Positions 21,104-33,172 are shown, counted from the stretch's first letter. The stretch is DNA of 64,000 nucleotides from Oceanicoccus sp. (GCA_047621325.1 JBLHLT010000008.1:37804-101803); one strand, 5' to 3'. Notes: generated by a model not told the origin, from the sequence alone. Translations and numbers: made by a program.

Positions 21104-21163
21104 TTAAGGGCATAACATAAATTTAAATCAAGCCCAGCTAAACTGGGCCTTCTTATTTTTAAA

Positions 21164-22414
21164 TCAGATATCCAACAAAATGCGAGCTGGATCTTCTAAC
21201 AATTCTTTAATTGTCACTAAGAATTGCACAGCTTCTTTGCCATCAATCATTCGATGGTCATAGGAAAGCGCCAAGTACATCATAGGGCGAATTTCTACTT
21301 GGCCATTTATAGCCACTGGGCGATCTTGAATTTTGTGCATACCCAAGATTGCTGTTTGCGGTGGATTCAGGATTGGCGTCGACAACAATGAGCCAAAAGT
21401 TCCACCATTAGTGATAGTAAACGTACCGCCTTGCATTTCTTCAATGCCCAACTTGCCATCACGCGCCTTACCAGCGAAATCGACAATACCACGTTCAATA
21501 TCAGCAAGCCCCATCGCATCAACGTCACGAAGTACTGGTACCACTAGACCTTTTTCAGTCGACACTGCCACACCAATATCTTGATAGCCATGATAAACAA
21601 TATCACTGCCATCAATTGACGCATTAACAGAAGGGAAACGCTTCAACGCTTCGGTCGCTGCTTTTACAAAGAAAGACATAAAACCTAAACGTGCACCTTC
21701 ATGTTTTTTCTCAAACATGTCTTTGTATTGCTTACGCAGCGCCATAACTGCTTTCATGTCGACTTCGTTATATGTCGTTAACATCGCTGCATTTTGTTGC
21801 GCAGAAACCAAACGCTTAGCAATGGTTGCACGCAAACGCGTCATTGGCACACGTTTTTCAGCACGCTCGCCTGCATTGAAACTAGGCAGAGGCGCCGGAG
21901 CCGATCTAGCAGGGGCTACTACTGGAGCAGGTGCGCTCACTGCAACACTCGCAGTCGCTGCCTGAGGTGCTGGTTCAGGCGTTTTAAGATGATTTAATAC
22001 ATCTTCTTTTGTAATGCGGCCATCTTTACCTGACGATTTCACGTCTGATAAAGTCACGCCTTTTTCTTCAGCTAATTTACGCGCGGCAGGGTTAACTTTT
22101 AAGTCTTCACTGTCATTGCTATCGTTCGTTGCTACCGCTACTGAAGCTACTTCAGCAGGCGCTTCATCACCCACTGCTCCTGCTTCAAAAATCGCAATCA
22201 CTTCAGCGCTTAAAATGGTATCGCCTTCTGCTCTAATGATTTCTTTAAGCACACCATCAGACTGAGCAACCACTTCTAATACAACTTTATCGGTTTCAAT
22301 ATCAACCAATAATTCGTCGCGTTTTACCGGCTCGCCTGGTTGTTTGTGCCAAGTTGCAATAGTGCCGTCGGCAACAGATTCAGGGAAGACTGGGGCTTTA
22401 ACTTCAATACTCAT
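21164..22414 (-). CDS. sucB: 2-oxoglutarate dehydrogenase E2 (dihydrolipoyllysine succinyltransferase)
   Basis: Lipoyl domain ([11 protein letters not shown]), Ala/Pro linker, catalytic DHRMIDG. ATG 22414 is preceded by AGGA; the ORF-track start is an upstream GTG. Confidence 0.97.
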   Translation of the reverse strand: MSIEVKAPVFPESVADGTIATWHKQPGEPVKRDELLVDIETDKVVLEVVAQSDGVLKEIIRAEGDTILSAEVIAIFEAGAVGDEAPAEVASVAVATNDSNDSEDLKVNPAARKLAEEKGVTLSDVKSSGKDGRITKEDVLNHLKTPEPAPQAATASVAVSAPAPVVAPARSAPAPLPSFNAGERAEKRVPMTRLRATIAKRLVSAQQNAAMLTTYNEVDMKAVMALRKQYKDMFEKKHEGARLGFMSFFVKAATEALKRFPSVNASIDGSDIVYHGYQDIGVAVSTEKGLVVPVLRDVDAMGLADIERGIVDFAGKARDGKLGIEEMQGGTFTITNGGTFGSLLSTPILNPPQTAILGMHKIQDRPVAINGQVEIRPMMYLALSYDHRMIDGKEAVQFLVTIKELLEDPARILLDI

Positions 22415-22446
22415 AATCACTATCCTAATTCGTTATTCGCTTGAGC

Positions 22447-25278
22447 CTATAGGCCCAGTGCATCCTTAATCAATCGCTCTTGTTGCTCTAAATGCAACGC
22501 CATATAACCTGCTGCAGGCGATGCTGAAGCATCACGACCAGCGTAGTCTAAATACAAACTTGAACCGTGCTGATTAACCACACGACGCATGTGATGCTGG
22601 GAACTGTACCAAGCACCTTGGTTCATAGGCTCTTCTTGACACCAAACCGACTCTTTTAAATTTGTATAAGGGGAAATCGCAGCGAACAACTCTTCTTCAG
22701 GGAAGGGATACAACTGCTCAATACGAACAATAGCAACATGTTTCATTTCTTCTGTGCGTCGGCGATCGATCAGATCGTAATATACTTTACCGCTACACAA
22801 AACGAGACGCGTAATATCTTTTGGATTGACGTCTTCGACTTCAGGAATAACATTCTGGAAAGAACCTTGCGCAAGGTCTTCCAACGTACTAATGGCTTCT
22901 TTGTGACGCAATAAACTCTTCGGCGACATAACCACTAACGGCTTACGTAACGGGCGAATAGCCTGACGACGCAATAAGTGAAATATTTGCGCAGGTGTTG
23001 AAGGCACGCACACTTGCATATTGTGCTCAGCACATAATTGCAAATAACGCTCCAAACGCGCAGAGCTATGCTCTGGCCCTTGCCCTTCATAACCGTGAGG
23101 CAACAGCATGGTTAAACCGCACAAACGGCTCCACTTATGCTCACCACTCGAAATAAACTGATCCATTACCACTTGAGCACCGTTGGCAAAATCGCCGAAC
23201 TGAGCTTCCCAAATTACTAATAAATTAGGTGTGGTTGTTGAATAGCCATACTCAAAACCCAGCACCGCTTCTTCGGATAGTAATGAGTCATGAATCGTAT
23301 ACGTTGGCTGATCGTCACTCATATTTTGCAATGAACAATATGACGCGCCATCTTTTTGATTATGCAAAACCGCATGACGGTGCGAGAACGTACCACGTCC
23401 CACATCTTGACCCGTTAAACGAATAGGGTAGCCCTCATCGAGTAACGTTGCGTATGCCATTGTTTCTGCAAAACCCCAATTAATCGGTAATGCACCAGCG
23501 GCCATTTTACGGCGATCTTCGAGAATTTTATTAACCTGACGCTGAACTGCAAAACCATCAGGAACATCTTGCATTTTATTTGCAAGCGCTTGTAATTTTT
23601 TGAGATCAAATTCAGTACTAACAACCATACTGTTGTCGTGACCAAGGTACGGCGCCCAGTCTACAAACATTTCAGATTTAGGTTCCGTCACTAAGCTTTT
23701 AACTACGTGTTTACCTGCCTCTAGGGCATTGCGGTAATCTTCATCCATGGTTTTAATGATTTCATCATCAACTACACCACTTTGATTTAACGTCTCCGCA
23801 TAAAGTGTACGAGTTGTCTTGATAGCTTTGATGACTTTGTACATAAGAGGCTGAGTCGCAGATGGCTCATCGGCTTCATTGTGACCGCGACGACGATAAC
23901 AAACTAAATCGATGACCACGTCTTTATGGAATTCATTACGGTAATCAACCGCAAGCTGGGTCACAAATAACACCGCTTCTGGATCATCACCATTTACATG
24001 AAGAATCGGTGCTTGAACCATCTTGGCAACGTCAGTTGCGTATTCAGTAGATCGTACGTCTTCACGTTTGTTCGTGGTAAAGCCTACTTGGTTGTTCACT
24101 ACGATATGTATCGTACCACCGGTTTTATAACCACGGGTCTGAGACATCTGGAACGTTTCCATCACCACGCCCTGACCCGCAAACGCGGAGTCACCGTGAA
24201 TGGCAACGGGCACAACTGTTTCACCAATAGTATCGCCACGACGATCTTGGCGTGCACGTACCGAGCCTTCAACAACTGGCGATACAATTTCAAGGTGAGA
24301 GGGGTTAAACGCCAGCGCCAAATGCACTTCGCCACCAGGGGTCAGTACATTTGAAGAAAAGCCTTGGTGATACTTAACGTCACCAGAGTGGTCAAACTGA
24401 GCCTTACCATCAAATTCATCAAATAAATCTGAAGGAGCTTTACCCAGTGTATTAATCAAAAGGTTTAAGCGACCACGGTGCGCCATACCAATTACAATTT
24501 CTTTGGCACCATAAGTACCACAGCGCTGAATCAACTCATCCATCATCGGAATCAATGATTCACCACCCTCAAGACCAAAGCGCTTTACACCTGGGTACTT
24601 TGAACCTAAATATTTTTCTAAACCTTCAGCTGCCGTTAAACGCTCAAGCAAATGTTTTTTCGCTTCATCACTGTATTCAGGCTTTGCACGCACACTTTCG
24701 ATGCGCTGCTGAAACCAGCGCTTCTCTGCTGTATCAACAATGTGCATAAACTCGGCACCTACTGTTTGGCAATAGGTCTTGTCTAGCGCGGCAACAATTT
24801 CAGATAAGGGGGCTTCTTCTTTACCAATAAACAAAGAGCCTGTTTGGAAAATACTGTCCATATCCGCTTCTGATAATTCATGGAAGCGTAAATCTAAATC
24901 GGGAACCTGCTCTCGCTCCATAATTCCTAATGGATCAAGCTTAGCATGCTGATGACCACGGAAACGATAAGCATTAATTAATTGGAAAACACGTAACTGC
25001 TTTTGATCATAGCCACTTGAAGCTTGGCTTTGCGTTACGCTACCAGCATGACGCTGATTCTTAGAAATAAGAACAAACTGCTCGCGTATAGGAGCATGAG
25101 GAATGTCGTTAAGACTACCACCCTCTACTCTTGGCAGGGTCGCAAAATAACTACGCCATTGTTCAGAGACCTGATTAGGGTCCGTTAAATATACTTCGTA
25201 TAGCTCTTCTATGTACGCAACATTCCCACCAGCCAGTTGGGACGTACTCCATAGCTGCTCCATCGAGCCTTCGTGCAT
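22447..25278 (-). CDS. sucA: 2-oxoglutarate dehydrogenase E1
   Basis: 943 aa; FRGHQHAKLDPLG, GDSAFAGQGVV, HGYEGQGPEHSSARLERYLQL. Confidence 0.97.
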   Translation of the reverse strand: MHEGSMEQLWSTSQLAGGNVAYIEELYEVYLTDPNQVSEQWRSYFATLPRVEGGSLNDIPHAPIREQFVLISKNQRHAGSVTQSQASSGYDQKQLRVFQLINAYRFRGHQHAKLDPLGIMEREQVPDLDLRFHELSEADMDSIFQTGSLFIGKEEAPLSEIVAALDKTYCQTVGAEFMHIVDTAEKRWFQQRIESVRAKPEYSDEAKKHLLERLTAAEGLEKYLGSKYPGVKRFGLEGGESLIPMMDELIQRCGTYGAKEIVIGMAHRGRLNLLINTLGKAPSDLFDEFDGKAQFDHSGDVKYHQGFSSNVLTPGGEVHLALAFNPSHLEIVSPVVEGSVRARQDRRGDTIGETVVPVAIHGDSAFAGQGVVMETFQMSQTRGYKTGGTIHIVVNNQVGFTTNKREDVRSTEYATDVAKMVQAPILHVNGDDPEAVLFVTQLAVDYRNEFHKDVVIDLVCYRRRGHNEADEPSATQPLMYKVIKAIKTTRTLYAETLNQSGVVDDEIIKTMDEDYRNALEAGKHVVKSLVTEPKSEMFVDWAPYLGHDNSMVVSTEFDLKKLQALANKMQDVPDGFAVQRQVNKILEDRRKMAAGALPINWGFAETMAYATLLDEGYPIRLTGQDVGRGTFSHRHAVLHNQKDGASYCSLQNMSDDQPTYTIHDSLLSEEAVLGFEYGYSTTTPNLLVIWEAQFGDFANGAQVVMDQFISSGEHKWSRLCGLTMLLPHGYEGQGPEHSSARLERYLQLCAEHNMQVCVPSTPAQIFHLLRRQAIRPLRKPLVVMSPKSLLRHKEAISTLEDLAQGSFQNVIPEVEDVNPKDITRLVLCSGKVYYDLIDRRRTEEMKHVAIVRIEQLYPFPEEELFAAISPYTNLKESVWCQEEPMNQGAWYSSQHHMRRVVNQHGSSLYLDYAGRDASASPAAGYMALHLEQQERLIKDALGL

Positions 25279-25520
25279 GACTAAACCACCTTTAAATTAT
25301 GTCTAGGGGCACTACTTTCCAAACCTCCCTGCGTGGATCGACAGATGACCGGATATGGTCTGAAGTTTTTCAAGTAATACGGGGGTTACCCGATTCCCTG
25401 TTGGTATATATATTTTGGTATCTATATAACAGCCTAGCAAATATGATGCTAGAGGGCCTTTTTTTTATATTTATTTACGCCATGCCTGACGTATTAAGCT
25501 TCAAAAGCACACTAAGCATA

Positions 25521-25547
25521 AATAAAGGGGCATATAGCCCCTTTATT
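25521..25547 (-). terminator. hairpin (attenuator/terminator) between sdhB and sucA
   Basis: aataaaggggc-atata-gcccctttatt, an 11-bp stem starting 4 nt after the sdhB stop. Confidence 0.5.
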
Positions 25548-25550
25548 TAT

Positions 25551-26255
25551 TTAGATCTCACGGGTCAACAGCATGTTACGAATATGACCTATTGCACGGG
25601 TTGGGTTCAACCCTTTAGGACAAACGCTCACACAGTTCATAATACCGCGGCAACGGAAAACGCTAAATGGATCATCTAATCCAGCTAAACGCTCTTGAGT
25701 TGCAGTGTCACGACTATCTGCTAAGAAACGATACGCTTGTAACAAACCAGCAGGACCAATGAATTTATCAGGGTTCCACCAGAATGAAGGACATGAAGTA
25801 GAACAACATGCACACAAGATACACTCGTAAAGTCCGTCCAATTTTTCACGCTCTGCAGGGCTCTGCAAACGCTCAATCGCTGGCGCTGGTGTATTGTTTT
25901 GTAAGAAAGGCTTAACCTTTTCAAACTGCTGATAGAACAAGCTCATATCAATAACTAGGTCACGGATAACCGGCAAACCTGGCAACGGGCGCAATACTAA
26001 CTTATTACCTTTAACCGCTTCCGAGATTGGCGTCACACACGCTAAGCCATTTTTACCGCTAATGTTAAGGCCATCAGAACCACACACGCCTTCACGACAT
26101 GAACGGCGATAAGCCAACGTAGGATCTTGTTCTTTAACAAGTGCTAATACATCTAGCACCATCAAATCTTTGCCACCCGGGATTTCGATTTCGTAATCCT
26201 GCATATAAGGTGCGGCATCGACCTCTGGGTTGTAACGATATACGCTAACTAACAT
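25551..26255 (-). CDS. sdhB: succinate dehydrogenase iron-sulfur subunit
   Basis: CREGVCGSDG, CILCACCSTSCP, CRGIMNCVSVCPKG cluster motifs. Confidence 0.97.
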   Translation of the reverse strand: MLVSVYRYNPEVDAAPYMQDYEIEIPGGKDLMVLDVLALVKEQDPTLAYRRSCREGVCGSDGLNISGKNGLACVTPISEAVKGNKLVLRPLPGLPVIRDLVIDMSLFYQQFEKVKPFLQNNTPAPAIERLQSPAEREKLDGLYECILCACCSTSCPSFWWNPDKFIGPAGLLQAYRFLADSRDTATQERLAGLDDPFSVFRCRGIMNCVSVCPKGLNPTRAIGHIRNMLLTREI

Positions 26256-26273
26256 ATTCTCTCTCCCCCACTC

Positions 26274-28049
26274 TTAGTATGTACGGATTTTTGGTGGGAA
26301 CGCATCCATTGTTTTCGGCGCAAAGTTCACAGCACGTTTTTTAATGCTTTGATCTTGCGGGAAATACAATGAGTGACACAACCAGTTTTCATCGTCGCGC
26401 TCAGTGAAATCGTTACGTGCGTGAGCACCACGAGATTCTTTACGCACTTCAGCGGCAATTGCAGTTGCAAGTGCTACTTCATACAAGTTATCTAATTCAA
26501 GTGCTTCGATACGAGCGGTATTGAATGCCTGAGATTTATCAACTAGGTAAGTGTTTTTAACACGCTCACCAATCTCTTTTAGCATTTCAAGACCTTTTTG
26601 CATCGCTTCGCCTTCGCGGAATACGCCAAAGTAAAGCTGCATACATTTTTGAAGGTCAGCACGTACTTGCGCAACAGGCTCACCAGAGGTGCTGTTGTTT
26701 AGACGATCTAAACGAGACATTGCACGCTTAATATCTTCTTCGCGAGGATCAACTGAATCAAAGCCTTCACGGAAACTTTTCTCAATTTGCAAGCCAGCTG
26801 CACGACCAAATACAACAAGGTCAAGTAGCGAGTTACCACCAAGGCGGTTAGCACCATGTACCGACACACAAGCGGCTTCACCACATGCATACAAACCTTC
26901 AACAATTTTATCAACGCCATTCTCATCTTGAGTAATAGCCTGACCGCCGATATTAGTTGGCACACCACCCATCATATAATGACAAGTCGGTACTACTGGA
27001 ATAGGTTCTTTAATTGGGTCAACGTGAGCAAATGTACGAGACAACTCAAGAATACCAGGCAATTTAGCATTAAGCGTTTCTTCACCAAGGTGATCAAGCT
27101 TAAGCATTACGTGATCGCCATCAGGACCACAACCACGGCCTTCAAGAATCTCCATAACCATAGAACGGGCTACAACGTCACGACCTGCAAGGTCTTTCGC
27201 GTTAGGCGCATAACGTTCCATGAAACGCTCGCCGTCTTTATTGATTAGATAACCGCCTTCGCCACGACAACCTTCGGTTACAAGCGTACCAGCGCCTGCA
27301 ATACCCGTTGGGTGGAACTGCCACATTTCCATATCTTGTGCAGGTACGCCAGCACGTAAAGACATGCCCATACCGTCACCGGTATTGATCAATGCATTAG
27401 TAGTAGATTGGAAGATACGACCAGCACCACCAGTAGCAAGAACCGTGGCTTTTGCTTTAACGTAGATGGTTTCACCGGTTTCAATGCAGATAACAATTGC
27501 ACCAGCAATCTGCTCATTTTCATTTTTAACAAGGTCAACTGCGTACCATTCGTTTAAGAACGTAGTACCGCCTTTTAAGTTACCTTGATAAAGCGCGTGC
27601 AAAAGAGCGTGACCAGTACGGTCAGCTGCTGCACATGTACGTGCCGCTTGGCCACCCTTACCAAAGTCTTTAGATTGACCACCGAAAGGACGCTGATAAA
27701 TACGACCTTCTTCAGTACGAGAGAATGGTAAGCCCATGTGGTCCAATTCAAATACAGCCTGTGGACCTACTTTACACATGTATTCGATCGCGTCTTGGTC
27801 ACCAATATAATCAGAACCTTTAACGGTATCGTACATGTGCCAACGCCAATCATCGTTAGGATCATCAGACGCGATGGCACAAGTAATACCACCCTGTGCA
27901 GATACTGTGTGAGAGCGCGTTGGAAATACTTTTGTAATACAAGCAGTTTTAATACCGCTTTCTGTCAATTGCAGTGCAGCACGCATGCCTGCACCGCCGC
28001 CACCAATTACGATAGCGTCATATGTCATTGTACGAATATCGGCTGTCAT
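26274..28049 (-). CDS. sdhA: succinate dehydrogenase flavoprotein subunit
   Basis: [21 protein letters not shown] (FAD-histidyl site), [16 protein letters not shown]. Confidence 0.97.
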   Translation of the reverse strand: MTADIRTMTYDAIVIGGGGAGMRAALQLTESGIKTACITKVFPTRSHTVSAQGGITCAIASDDPNDDWRWHMYDTVKGSDYIGDQDAIEYMCKVGPQAVFELDHMGLPFSRTEEGRIYQRPFGGQSKDFGKGGQAARTCAAADRTGHALLHALYQGNLKGGTTFLNEWYAVDLVKNENEQIAGAIVICIETGETIYVKAKATVLATGGAGRIFQSTTNALINTGDGMGMSLRAGVPAQDMEMWQFHPTGIAGAGTLVTEGCRGEGGYLINKDGERFMERYAPNAKDLAGRDVVARSMVMEILEGRGCGPDGDHVMLKLDHLGEETLNAKLPGILELSRTFAHVDPIKEPIPVVPTCHYMMGGVPTNIGGQAITQDENGVDKIVEGLYACGEAACVSVHGANRLGGNSLLDLVVFGRAAGLQIEKSFREGFDSVDPREEDIKRAMSRLDRLNNSTSGEPVAQVRADLQKCMQLYFGVFREGEAMQKGLEMLKEIGERVKNTYLVDKSQAFNTARIEALELDNLYEVALATAIAAEVRKESRGAHARNDFTERDDENWLCHSLYFPQDQSIKKRAVNFAPKTMDAFPPKIRTY

Positions 28050-28052
28050 GAC

Positions 28053-28406
28053 TTATACACCCCAAATAATGTCAATGCCCCAAACCAAGTAAACAAACAT
28101 TGCTAAGAAGCAAGTCACTTGGAATGCGAAGCGAATACCAGCTGGTTTAATGTAGTCTGTAGAAATTGTCCACATACCAATCCAAGCATGAGCCACTGTA
28201 GAAATGAGTGCTAATAACGAGAAAATACGCACCCAAGTACAAGCGAAAAATTCTTGCCATTGAGCAAAGCTCAACTCAGGGTTTGATAGTAGGTAACCGA
28301 CTATAAAAACTGAATAAACAGCAAGGACAACCGCTGAAAAACGTTGGATCAACCAGTCAGACAAACCGCTGCGACTGAAGTTAGTGATACTTACGCCCAT
28401 ACCCAA
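28053..28406 (-). CDS. sdhD: succinate dehydrogenase membrane anchor subunit
   Basis: 117 aa, three TM helices, position between sdhC and sdhA; the start could be 28400 or 28406 (overlaps the sdhC end). Confidence 0.85.
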   Translation of the reverse strand: MGMGVSITNFSRSGLSDWLIQRFSAVVLAVYSVFIVGYLLSNPELSFAQWQEFFACTWVRIFSLLALISTVAHAWIGMWTISTDYIKPAGIRFAFQVTCFLAMFVYLVWGIDIIWGV

Positions 28407-28768
28407 ACTCCTGCTAAAGCAATTAATACAACCGAAAGAATAATAGTAATGATAGCTGCTACCTTACCACTCTCTTTGGTTTCACCAATGCCCATATCCA
28501 TGAATAAATGTTTAATACCAGCAACAAAATGAAACGATAATGCCGATAGCAAACCCCAAGTAATAAAACTACCGAAACCAGTAGTCATAGATTGTTTCGC
28601 TGCTGCAAACCCTTCAGCTGATTCAAGTGAACCGCTCAAAACGCAAAGCAGAAAAATAACACCTACAAACAAAATTACGCCAGCAACACGATGGGTAATA
28701 GATGTCAAAGCAGGAAGAGGGAAACTGAACTTAGTCAGATCTAGATTTATTGGTCGTTGTTGATTCAC
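28391..28768 (-). CDS. sdhC: succinate dehydrogenase cytochrome b556 subunit
   Basis: RPINLDL...SITHRVAGV heme-ligand context, three TM helices; GTG start. Confidence 0.9.
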   Translation of the reverse strand: MNQQRPINLDLTKFSFPLPALTSITHRVAGVILFVGVIFLLCVLSGSLESAEGFAAAKQSMTTGFGSFITWGLLSALSFHFVAGIKHLFMDMGIGETKESGKVAAIITIILSVVLIALAGVWVWA

Positions 28769-29166
28769 TTTTCTCTACACTCTCTCTCACGCCTCAAAAT
28801 AAGGCGAGCTTATGTGGGCAGGCTCGTTTGTTGTGCATTTTTATCAATAAAAATGCGAACTTACGGGTCTTTTTAGTGCCTTAGCAAACGCGCCGAATTA
28901 TAGACACAGAGTTTGTTAAATACAAATAAGCACCTAAACTTATAATATGTATTTCACACAGTTTTACGTGCTTACATTAATAATAGATCATTCTTTACAC
29001 AGTTCGACTAAACTTACACAACGATCTTATGGTCAATAATTGACAATCACTATTTTGGCTCTATAGTTGGCCGTCTTTGCAACGGTACAGAGCGATTTTC
29101 GCTCAACATATACATAAGGTATTCATACGAATACCAGTATCAGAAATAGCAGATAGGAGGCCATGC

Positions 29167-30447
29167 ATGGCTGACAAAAAGGCGCAGTTAAAAATTGATG
29201 GTTTCGATGAAACCTTAGAACTGCCAATTTACGAAGGCACCATCGGCCCAGACGTAATTGATGTTCGCAGCTTAGCCGGCTTAGGCAAATTCACTTATGA
29301 CCCAGGCTTTGTATCCACTGCCTCATGTGAATCTAAAATCACTTATATTGATGGCGGCAAAGGTGTACTTCTTCACCGCGGCTACCCAATTGAGCAATTA
29401 GCAGAACACTCAGACTTCTTAGAAACATCTTACCTTTTACTTCACGGTGAACTACCAACCAAAGAAGAAAAAGAAAAATTTGTAGATACCATTACTCACC
29501 ACACAATGGTTCATGAACAACTGGCCCACTTTTTCAATGGTTTCCGTCGCGATGCCCACCCTATGGCCATCATGTGCGGCGTTGTTGGTGCACTTTCTGC
29601 GTTTTATCACGACTCTTTGGATATCAACAACCAAAAGCATCGTGAAATAGCAGCACACCGCTTAATCGCAAAAATGCCAACACTAGCAGCCATGGTTTAT
29701 AAATATAACCAAGGTCAGCCGTTCATGTATCCACGCAACGACCTAAGCTACTCTGAAAACTTCCTTCACATGATGTTCAACACACCAGCCGAAGAGAAGA
29801 AAATCAGCCCAACGCTTGCACGTGCCATGGATCGCGTTTTCCTTCTGCATGCAGATCATGAACAAAATGCATCAACATCCACAGTACGCATGGCCGGCTC
29901 AACTGGTGCCAACCCTTATGCATGTATTGCATCAGGCATTGCAGCACTTTGGGGACCTGCTCACGGCGGCGCAAACGAAGCTGTACTTAAAATGCTAGCT
30001 GAAATCGGTGACGAAACTCGCATCGACGAATTCCTCGCAAAAGCAAAAGATAAGAGCGACCCGTTCCGCCTAATGGGCTTTGGTCACCGTGTTTACAAAA
30101 ACTACGACCCTCGCGCCACAGTAATGAAGAAAACCTGTGACGAAGTTCTTGCCGAACTAGGCCTAGAAGACGATCCGATGCTAAAAATGGCCATGAAACT
30201 TGAGAAGATCGCGCTTGAAGATGAATACTTCCAAAAACGCGGCCTATATCCAAACGTAGATTTCTACTCAGGCATCATCTTGAAAGCTATTGGCATTCCA
30301 ACTGAACTGTTCACTGTAATCTTTGCAACAGGCCGTACTCCGGGTTGGATTGCTCACTGGAACGAAATGATCGGTAACGAATACCGCATCGCTCGCCCAC
30401 GCCAGCTTTACACTGGTCATACACAACGTGATTACCCAAAAAAATAA
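29167..30447 (+). CDS. gltA: type II citrate synthase
   Basis: [12 protein letters not shown] start at ATG 29167; [28 protein letters not shown]. Confidence 0.97.
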   Translation: MADKKAQLKIDGFDETLELPIYEGTIGPDVIDVRSLAGLGKFTYDPGFVSTASCESKITYIDGGKGVLLHRGYPIEQLAEHSDFLETSYLLLHGELPTKEEKEKFVDTITHHTMVHEQLAHFFNGFRRDAHPMAIMCGVVGALSAFYHDSLDINNQKHREIAAHRLIAKMPTLAAMVYKYNQGQPFMYPRNDLSYSENFLHMMFNTPAEEKKISPTLARAMDRVFLLHADHEQNASTSTVRMAGSTGANPYACIASGIAALWGPAHGGANEAVLKMLAEIGDETRIDEFLAKAKDKSDPFRLMGFGHRVYKNYDPRATVMKKTCDEVLAELGLEDDPMLKMAMKLEKIALEDEYFQKRGLYPNVDFYSGIILKAIGIPTELFTVIFATGRTPGWIAHWNEMIGNEYRIARPRQLYTGHTQRDYPKK

Positions 30448-30474
30448 TCACTGCATGACACCGTAAATCATGAC

Positions 30475-30509
30475 AAAAAACCGCCCTGCTTGCAGAGCGG
30501 TTTTTTTTT
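30475..30509 (+). terminator. rho-independent terminator after gltA
   Basis: aaaaaaCCGCCCTGCttGCAGAGCGGttttttttt. Confidence 0.85.
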
Positions 30510-30549
30510 ACCTTATATTTATTAAATTCAAATACATCAGCAGAAAATT

Positions 30550-31419
30550 ATGAACATAACACTCATCGGTCTTGGCAACATGGGAGCACCCATAGCAAGC
30601 CACCTAGCCGAACACCACCAAATAACGGTATTCAATCGCAACCCCAATAAAACCGACTTATGGCTGACACAAAACCCCACACATAAAGCAGCCAGCAACG
30701 CAAAACAAGCCTGCCAAAACAGCGATGTGTTAATTTTATGCGTAAGCAACGACCAAGATGTGGAACAACTGATTTTTGGCGAGCAAGGTGCAAGCGAAAG
30801 CCTAAAAGCTGGCAGTCTTATTATCGACCACAGCACAATCAGTCGTGATCTTGCCAAGCACACGCATAAACAACTAAGAAAAATCGGCATTCACTATGTA
30901 GACGCCCCTTTATCCGGCGGGCAGCAAGGGGCGATCAATGGCCAACTAACCATCATGTGCGGCGCAGATGAACAGGTCATCGAACAAGTCAAAAGCATCA
31001 CCCAACCCTACACAAAAACCTTTAGCCACATGGGTGAAGTAGGATCAGGCCAACTCACTAAAATGGTCAACCAAATATGTGTAGCAGGTTTAATTCAAGC
31101 ACTGGCAGAAGGCATTAACTTTGGACAAAAAGCCGGACTTGATGTGAATAAAGTCATGGAAACACTTGGTAACGGCGCTGCATCATCATGGCAAATGATT
31201 AATCGTTCACAAACCATGATCCAACAAGAATTCGATTTTGGCTTTGCCGTAGACCTAATGCATAAAGATTTGAATATCTGCCTAGACACAGCAAACAAAA
31301 TTGACGCCGCTCTACCCATCACAACATTGGTAAACCAATACTACGAAGAGCTACAAAACCAAGGGAATGGCTCCCTAGATACATCAAGCTTACTATTAAG
31401 GCTGACCAAACAAACCTAG
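30550..31419 (+). CDS. NAD(P)-dependent oxidoreductase, 3-hydroxyisobutyrate dehydrogenase family
   Basis: N-terminal ITLIGLGNMGAPIA Rossmann turn, DAPLSGG, family-typical length of 289 aa. Confidence 0.85.
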   Translation: MNITLIGLGNMGAPIASHLAEHHQITVFNRNPNKTDLWLTQNPTHKAASNAKQACQNSDVLILCVSNDQDVEQLIFGEQGASESLKAGSLIIDHSTISRDLAKHTHKQLRKIGIHYVDAPLSGGQQGAINGQLTIMCGADEQVIEQVKSITQPYTKTFSHMGEVGSGQLTKMVNQICVAGLIQALAEGINFGQKAGLDVNKVMETLGNGAASSWQMINRSQTMIQQEFDFGFAVDLMHKDLNICLDTANKIDAALPITTLVNQYYEELQNQGNGSLDTSSLLLRLTKQT

Positions 31420-31496
31420 ACAAAACTGACGTGCGCGACGAATTCGAACACAATGGTCGCGTAAAATAAAAATTTATAAATGAAAATAAACAGAGA

Positions 31497-31527
31497 TATA
31501 AAACAGAAGTCATTTACTAAAAGTAAA

Positions 31528-31529
<2 letters not shown>
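31497..31529 (-). terminator. candidate terminator of the Arg-His-Leu-Leu tRNA operon
   Basis: Minus-strand CAUUUACU-UUU-AGUAAAUG hairpin abutting the last tRNA, followed by ACUUCUGUUUUAUAU. Confidence 0.4.
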
Positions 31530-31612
<83 letters not shown>

Positions 31613-31681
31613 ACAACAGAGGCCAACTCAATGAGTTGATACAGTAGCTCTAAAAAAACACCACTTATTCTAGAGAATAAA

Positions 31682-31766
31682 TGGTGCGGATGGAGAGACT
31701 CGAACTCTCACGCCTCGCGGCACCAGAACCTAAATCTGGCGTGTATACCAATTTCACCACATCCGC
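31682..31766 (-). tRNA. tRNA-Leu (anticodon UAG), diverged second copy
   Basis: 85 nt with the same anticodon stem-loop; acceptor stem, D arm and variable arm differ from copy 1, partly by compensatory changes. Confidence 0.9.
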
Positions 31767-31817
31767 ATTGCATTTTTGCCCCAAGTATCAGATTGACTAC
31801 TCAAGCCAGAAATTAAA

Positions 31818-31894
31818 TGGGGTGACTGAAGGGGATCGAACCCTCGACCACAGGAATCACAATCCTGCGCTCTACCAACTGAGCTACAGTCACC
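31818..31894 (-). tRNA. tRNA-His (anticodon GUG)
   Basis: 77 nt including G-1; anticodon loop UUGUGAU; 3' end ...CAGUCACCCCA. Confidence 0.9.
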
Positions 31895-31918
31895 ACAATA
31901 CTACTTTAAACCAAAGGC

Positions 31919-31995
31919 TGGTACGCCCGACAGGAATCGAACCTGTAACCCTCGGCTTAGAAGGCCGATGCTCTATCCGATTGAGCTACGGGCGC
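31919..31995 (-). tRNA. tRNA-Arg (anticodon UCU)
   Basis: 77 nt; anticodon arm UCGGC-CUUCUAA-GCCGA; encoded CCA. Confidence 0.9.
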
Positions 31996-32075
31996 TTCAT
32001 CTGTCTAATGAATTAGACGTCAGACACAAACTTTCGTTTGTCACTCAGTGCAGTAGTGCTCACCAAGTGGGGCGC

Positions 32076-32104
32076 ATAATACGTATGAGCACCCAACTCG
32101 TCAA
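32076..32104 (-). promoter_or_regulatory. sigma70 promoter of the tRNA operon with GC-rich discriminator
   Basis: Minus strand TTGACG-17 nt-TATTAT followed by GCGCCCC, about 75 nt upstream of tRNA-Arg. Confidence 0.55.
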
Positions 32105-32236
32105 CACCTTTCTCTAAATTATTTATATAAAACAAGAAGTTCCAAGAATTCATAAGAATTGACCAAGGTACTTTGTAATAAATGCGAAGCATGCGAAAAT
32201 TGCACTAATTTTTATATGCATACCAGTAGGAAAGCC

Positions 32237-33094
32237 ATGAGTGCACAACGCATAGACGGTAACGCCGTAAGCGCCACCCTCAAAGAGCAAGTAGCTCAAC
32301 GTATTCAGCAACGCACTAATGCAGGTAAGCGCGCACCAGGCCTGGCGGTAATCCTAGTGGGTAGCGATGCAGCCAGCGAAGTTTACGTTGGCAAAAAACG
32401 CCAAGCCTGCGAAGCCATCGGTATTAAAAGCATTGGGCACAATCTAGCAAGTGACACAGACGAAGCCACCCTACTTGACTTAATCGACGACTTAAATGCG
32501 GACGACACCATTGACGGCATTCTAGTACAACTGCCTCTGCCAGCTCACTTGGACAGCACCAAGGTGATTGAGCGCATTCACCCACAAAAGGATGTAGATG
32601 GTTTTCACCCTTACAATGTAGGCCGCCTAGCGCAGCGCATACCTGTACTGCGTTCATGCACCCCTGCTGGCATTATGTCGCTATTAAAGCATTACGAATT
32701 AAACGTTAAAGGCTTACACGCTGTCATCGTCGGCGCATCCAACATCGTTGGCCGCCCTATGGCAATGGAATTACTACTAGCAGGCAGCACCACTACTATC
32801 TGCCACCGCTTCACTCAAAATTTAAAACACCACGTTGAGCAAGCTGACTTACTCGTTGTAGCCATCGGTAAGCGCGGCATTGTGGATGCTAACTGGATTA
32901 AACCGAGCGCAATCGTAATAGACGTTGCCATTAACCGTTTAGATAACGGTAAGCTGGCTGGTGATTTGGATTATGATGTGGCCGCAGAACGCGCTAGCCA
33001 TATCACACCCGTCCCAGGTGGTGTTGGGCCTATGACAGTTGCCACTCTTATGGAAAATACGCTTTATGCGTGCGAAACATTTCATGACGCCTGA
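32237..33094 (+). CDS. folD: bifunctional methylenetetrahydrofolate dehydrogenase/cyclohydrolase
   Basis: [12 protein letters not shown] start at ATG 32237; [35 protein letters not shown]. Confidence 0.97.
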   Translation: MSAQRIDGNAVSATLKEQVAQRIQQRTNAGKRAPGLAVILVGSDAASEVYVGKKRQACEAIGIKSIGHNLASDTDEATLLDLIDDLNADDTIDGILVQLPLPAHLDSTKVIERIHPQKDVDGFHPYNVGRLAQRIPVLRSCTPAGIMSLLKHYELNVKGLHAVIVGASNIVGRPMAMELLLAGSTTTICHRFTQNLKHHVEQADLLVVAIGKRGIVDANWIKPSAIVIDVAINRLDNGKLAGDLDYDVAAERASHITPVPGGVGPMTVATLMENTLYACETFHDA

Positions 33095-33115
33095 TAGCCA
33101 GTCGCCAAGCACAAC

Positions 33116-33143
33116 AAAAACGGTGGCCTAGGCCACCGTTTTT
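33116..33143. terminator. bidirectional rho-independent terminator between folD and the convergent SBP gene
   Basis: aaaaACGGTGGCCtaGGCCACCGTtttt. Confidence 0.8.
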
Positions 33144-33172
33144 GCTTGAAGGATCAATACAAGTCTGAACGA

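Noticed and set aside
23998-24354. 118-aa antisense ORF inside sucA. Similar ones lie inside sdhA (26856-27248, 27738-28106), sucB (21333-22265), sucC and lpdA
   Set aside because: These lie entirely within strongly supported conserved genes on the opposite strand and have low-complexity or odd composition. They are typical shadow ORFs.
25299-25679. 126-aa ORF in the sdhB-sucA spacer
   Set aside because: It overlaps the 3' end of sdhB antisense and runs through the sdhB terminator hairpin. It has no SD, and the product is low-complexity hydrophobic sequence.
28960-29000. Fur-box-like AT-rich sequence (ttaataatagatcattctt) in the sdhC-gltA spacer
   Set aside because: It matches the 19-bp Fur consensus at only about 9 of 19 positions when aligned on ATCATT. 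That is not distinguishable from AT-rich background.
31681-32016. 111-aa ORF on the + strand
   Set aside because: It is the antisense read-through of four tRNA genes (Leu, His, Arg). The tRNA folds explain the sequence and no coding signal is needed.
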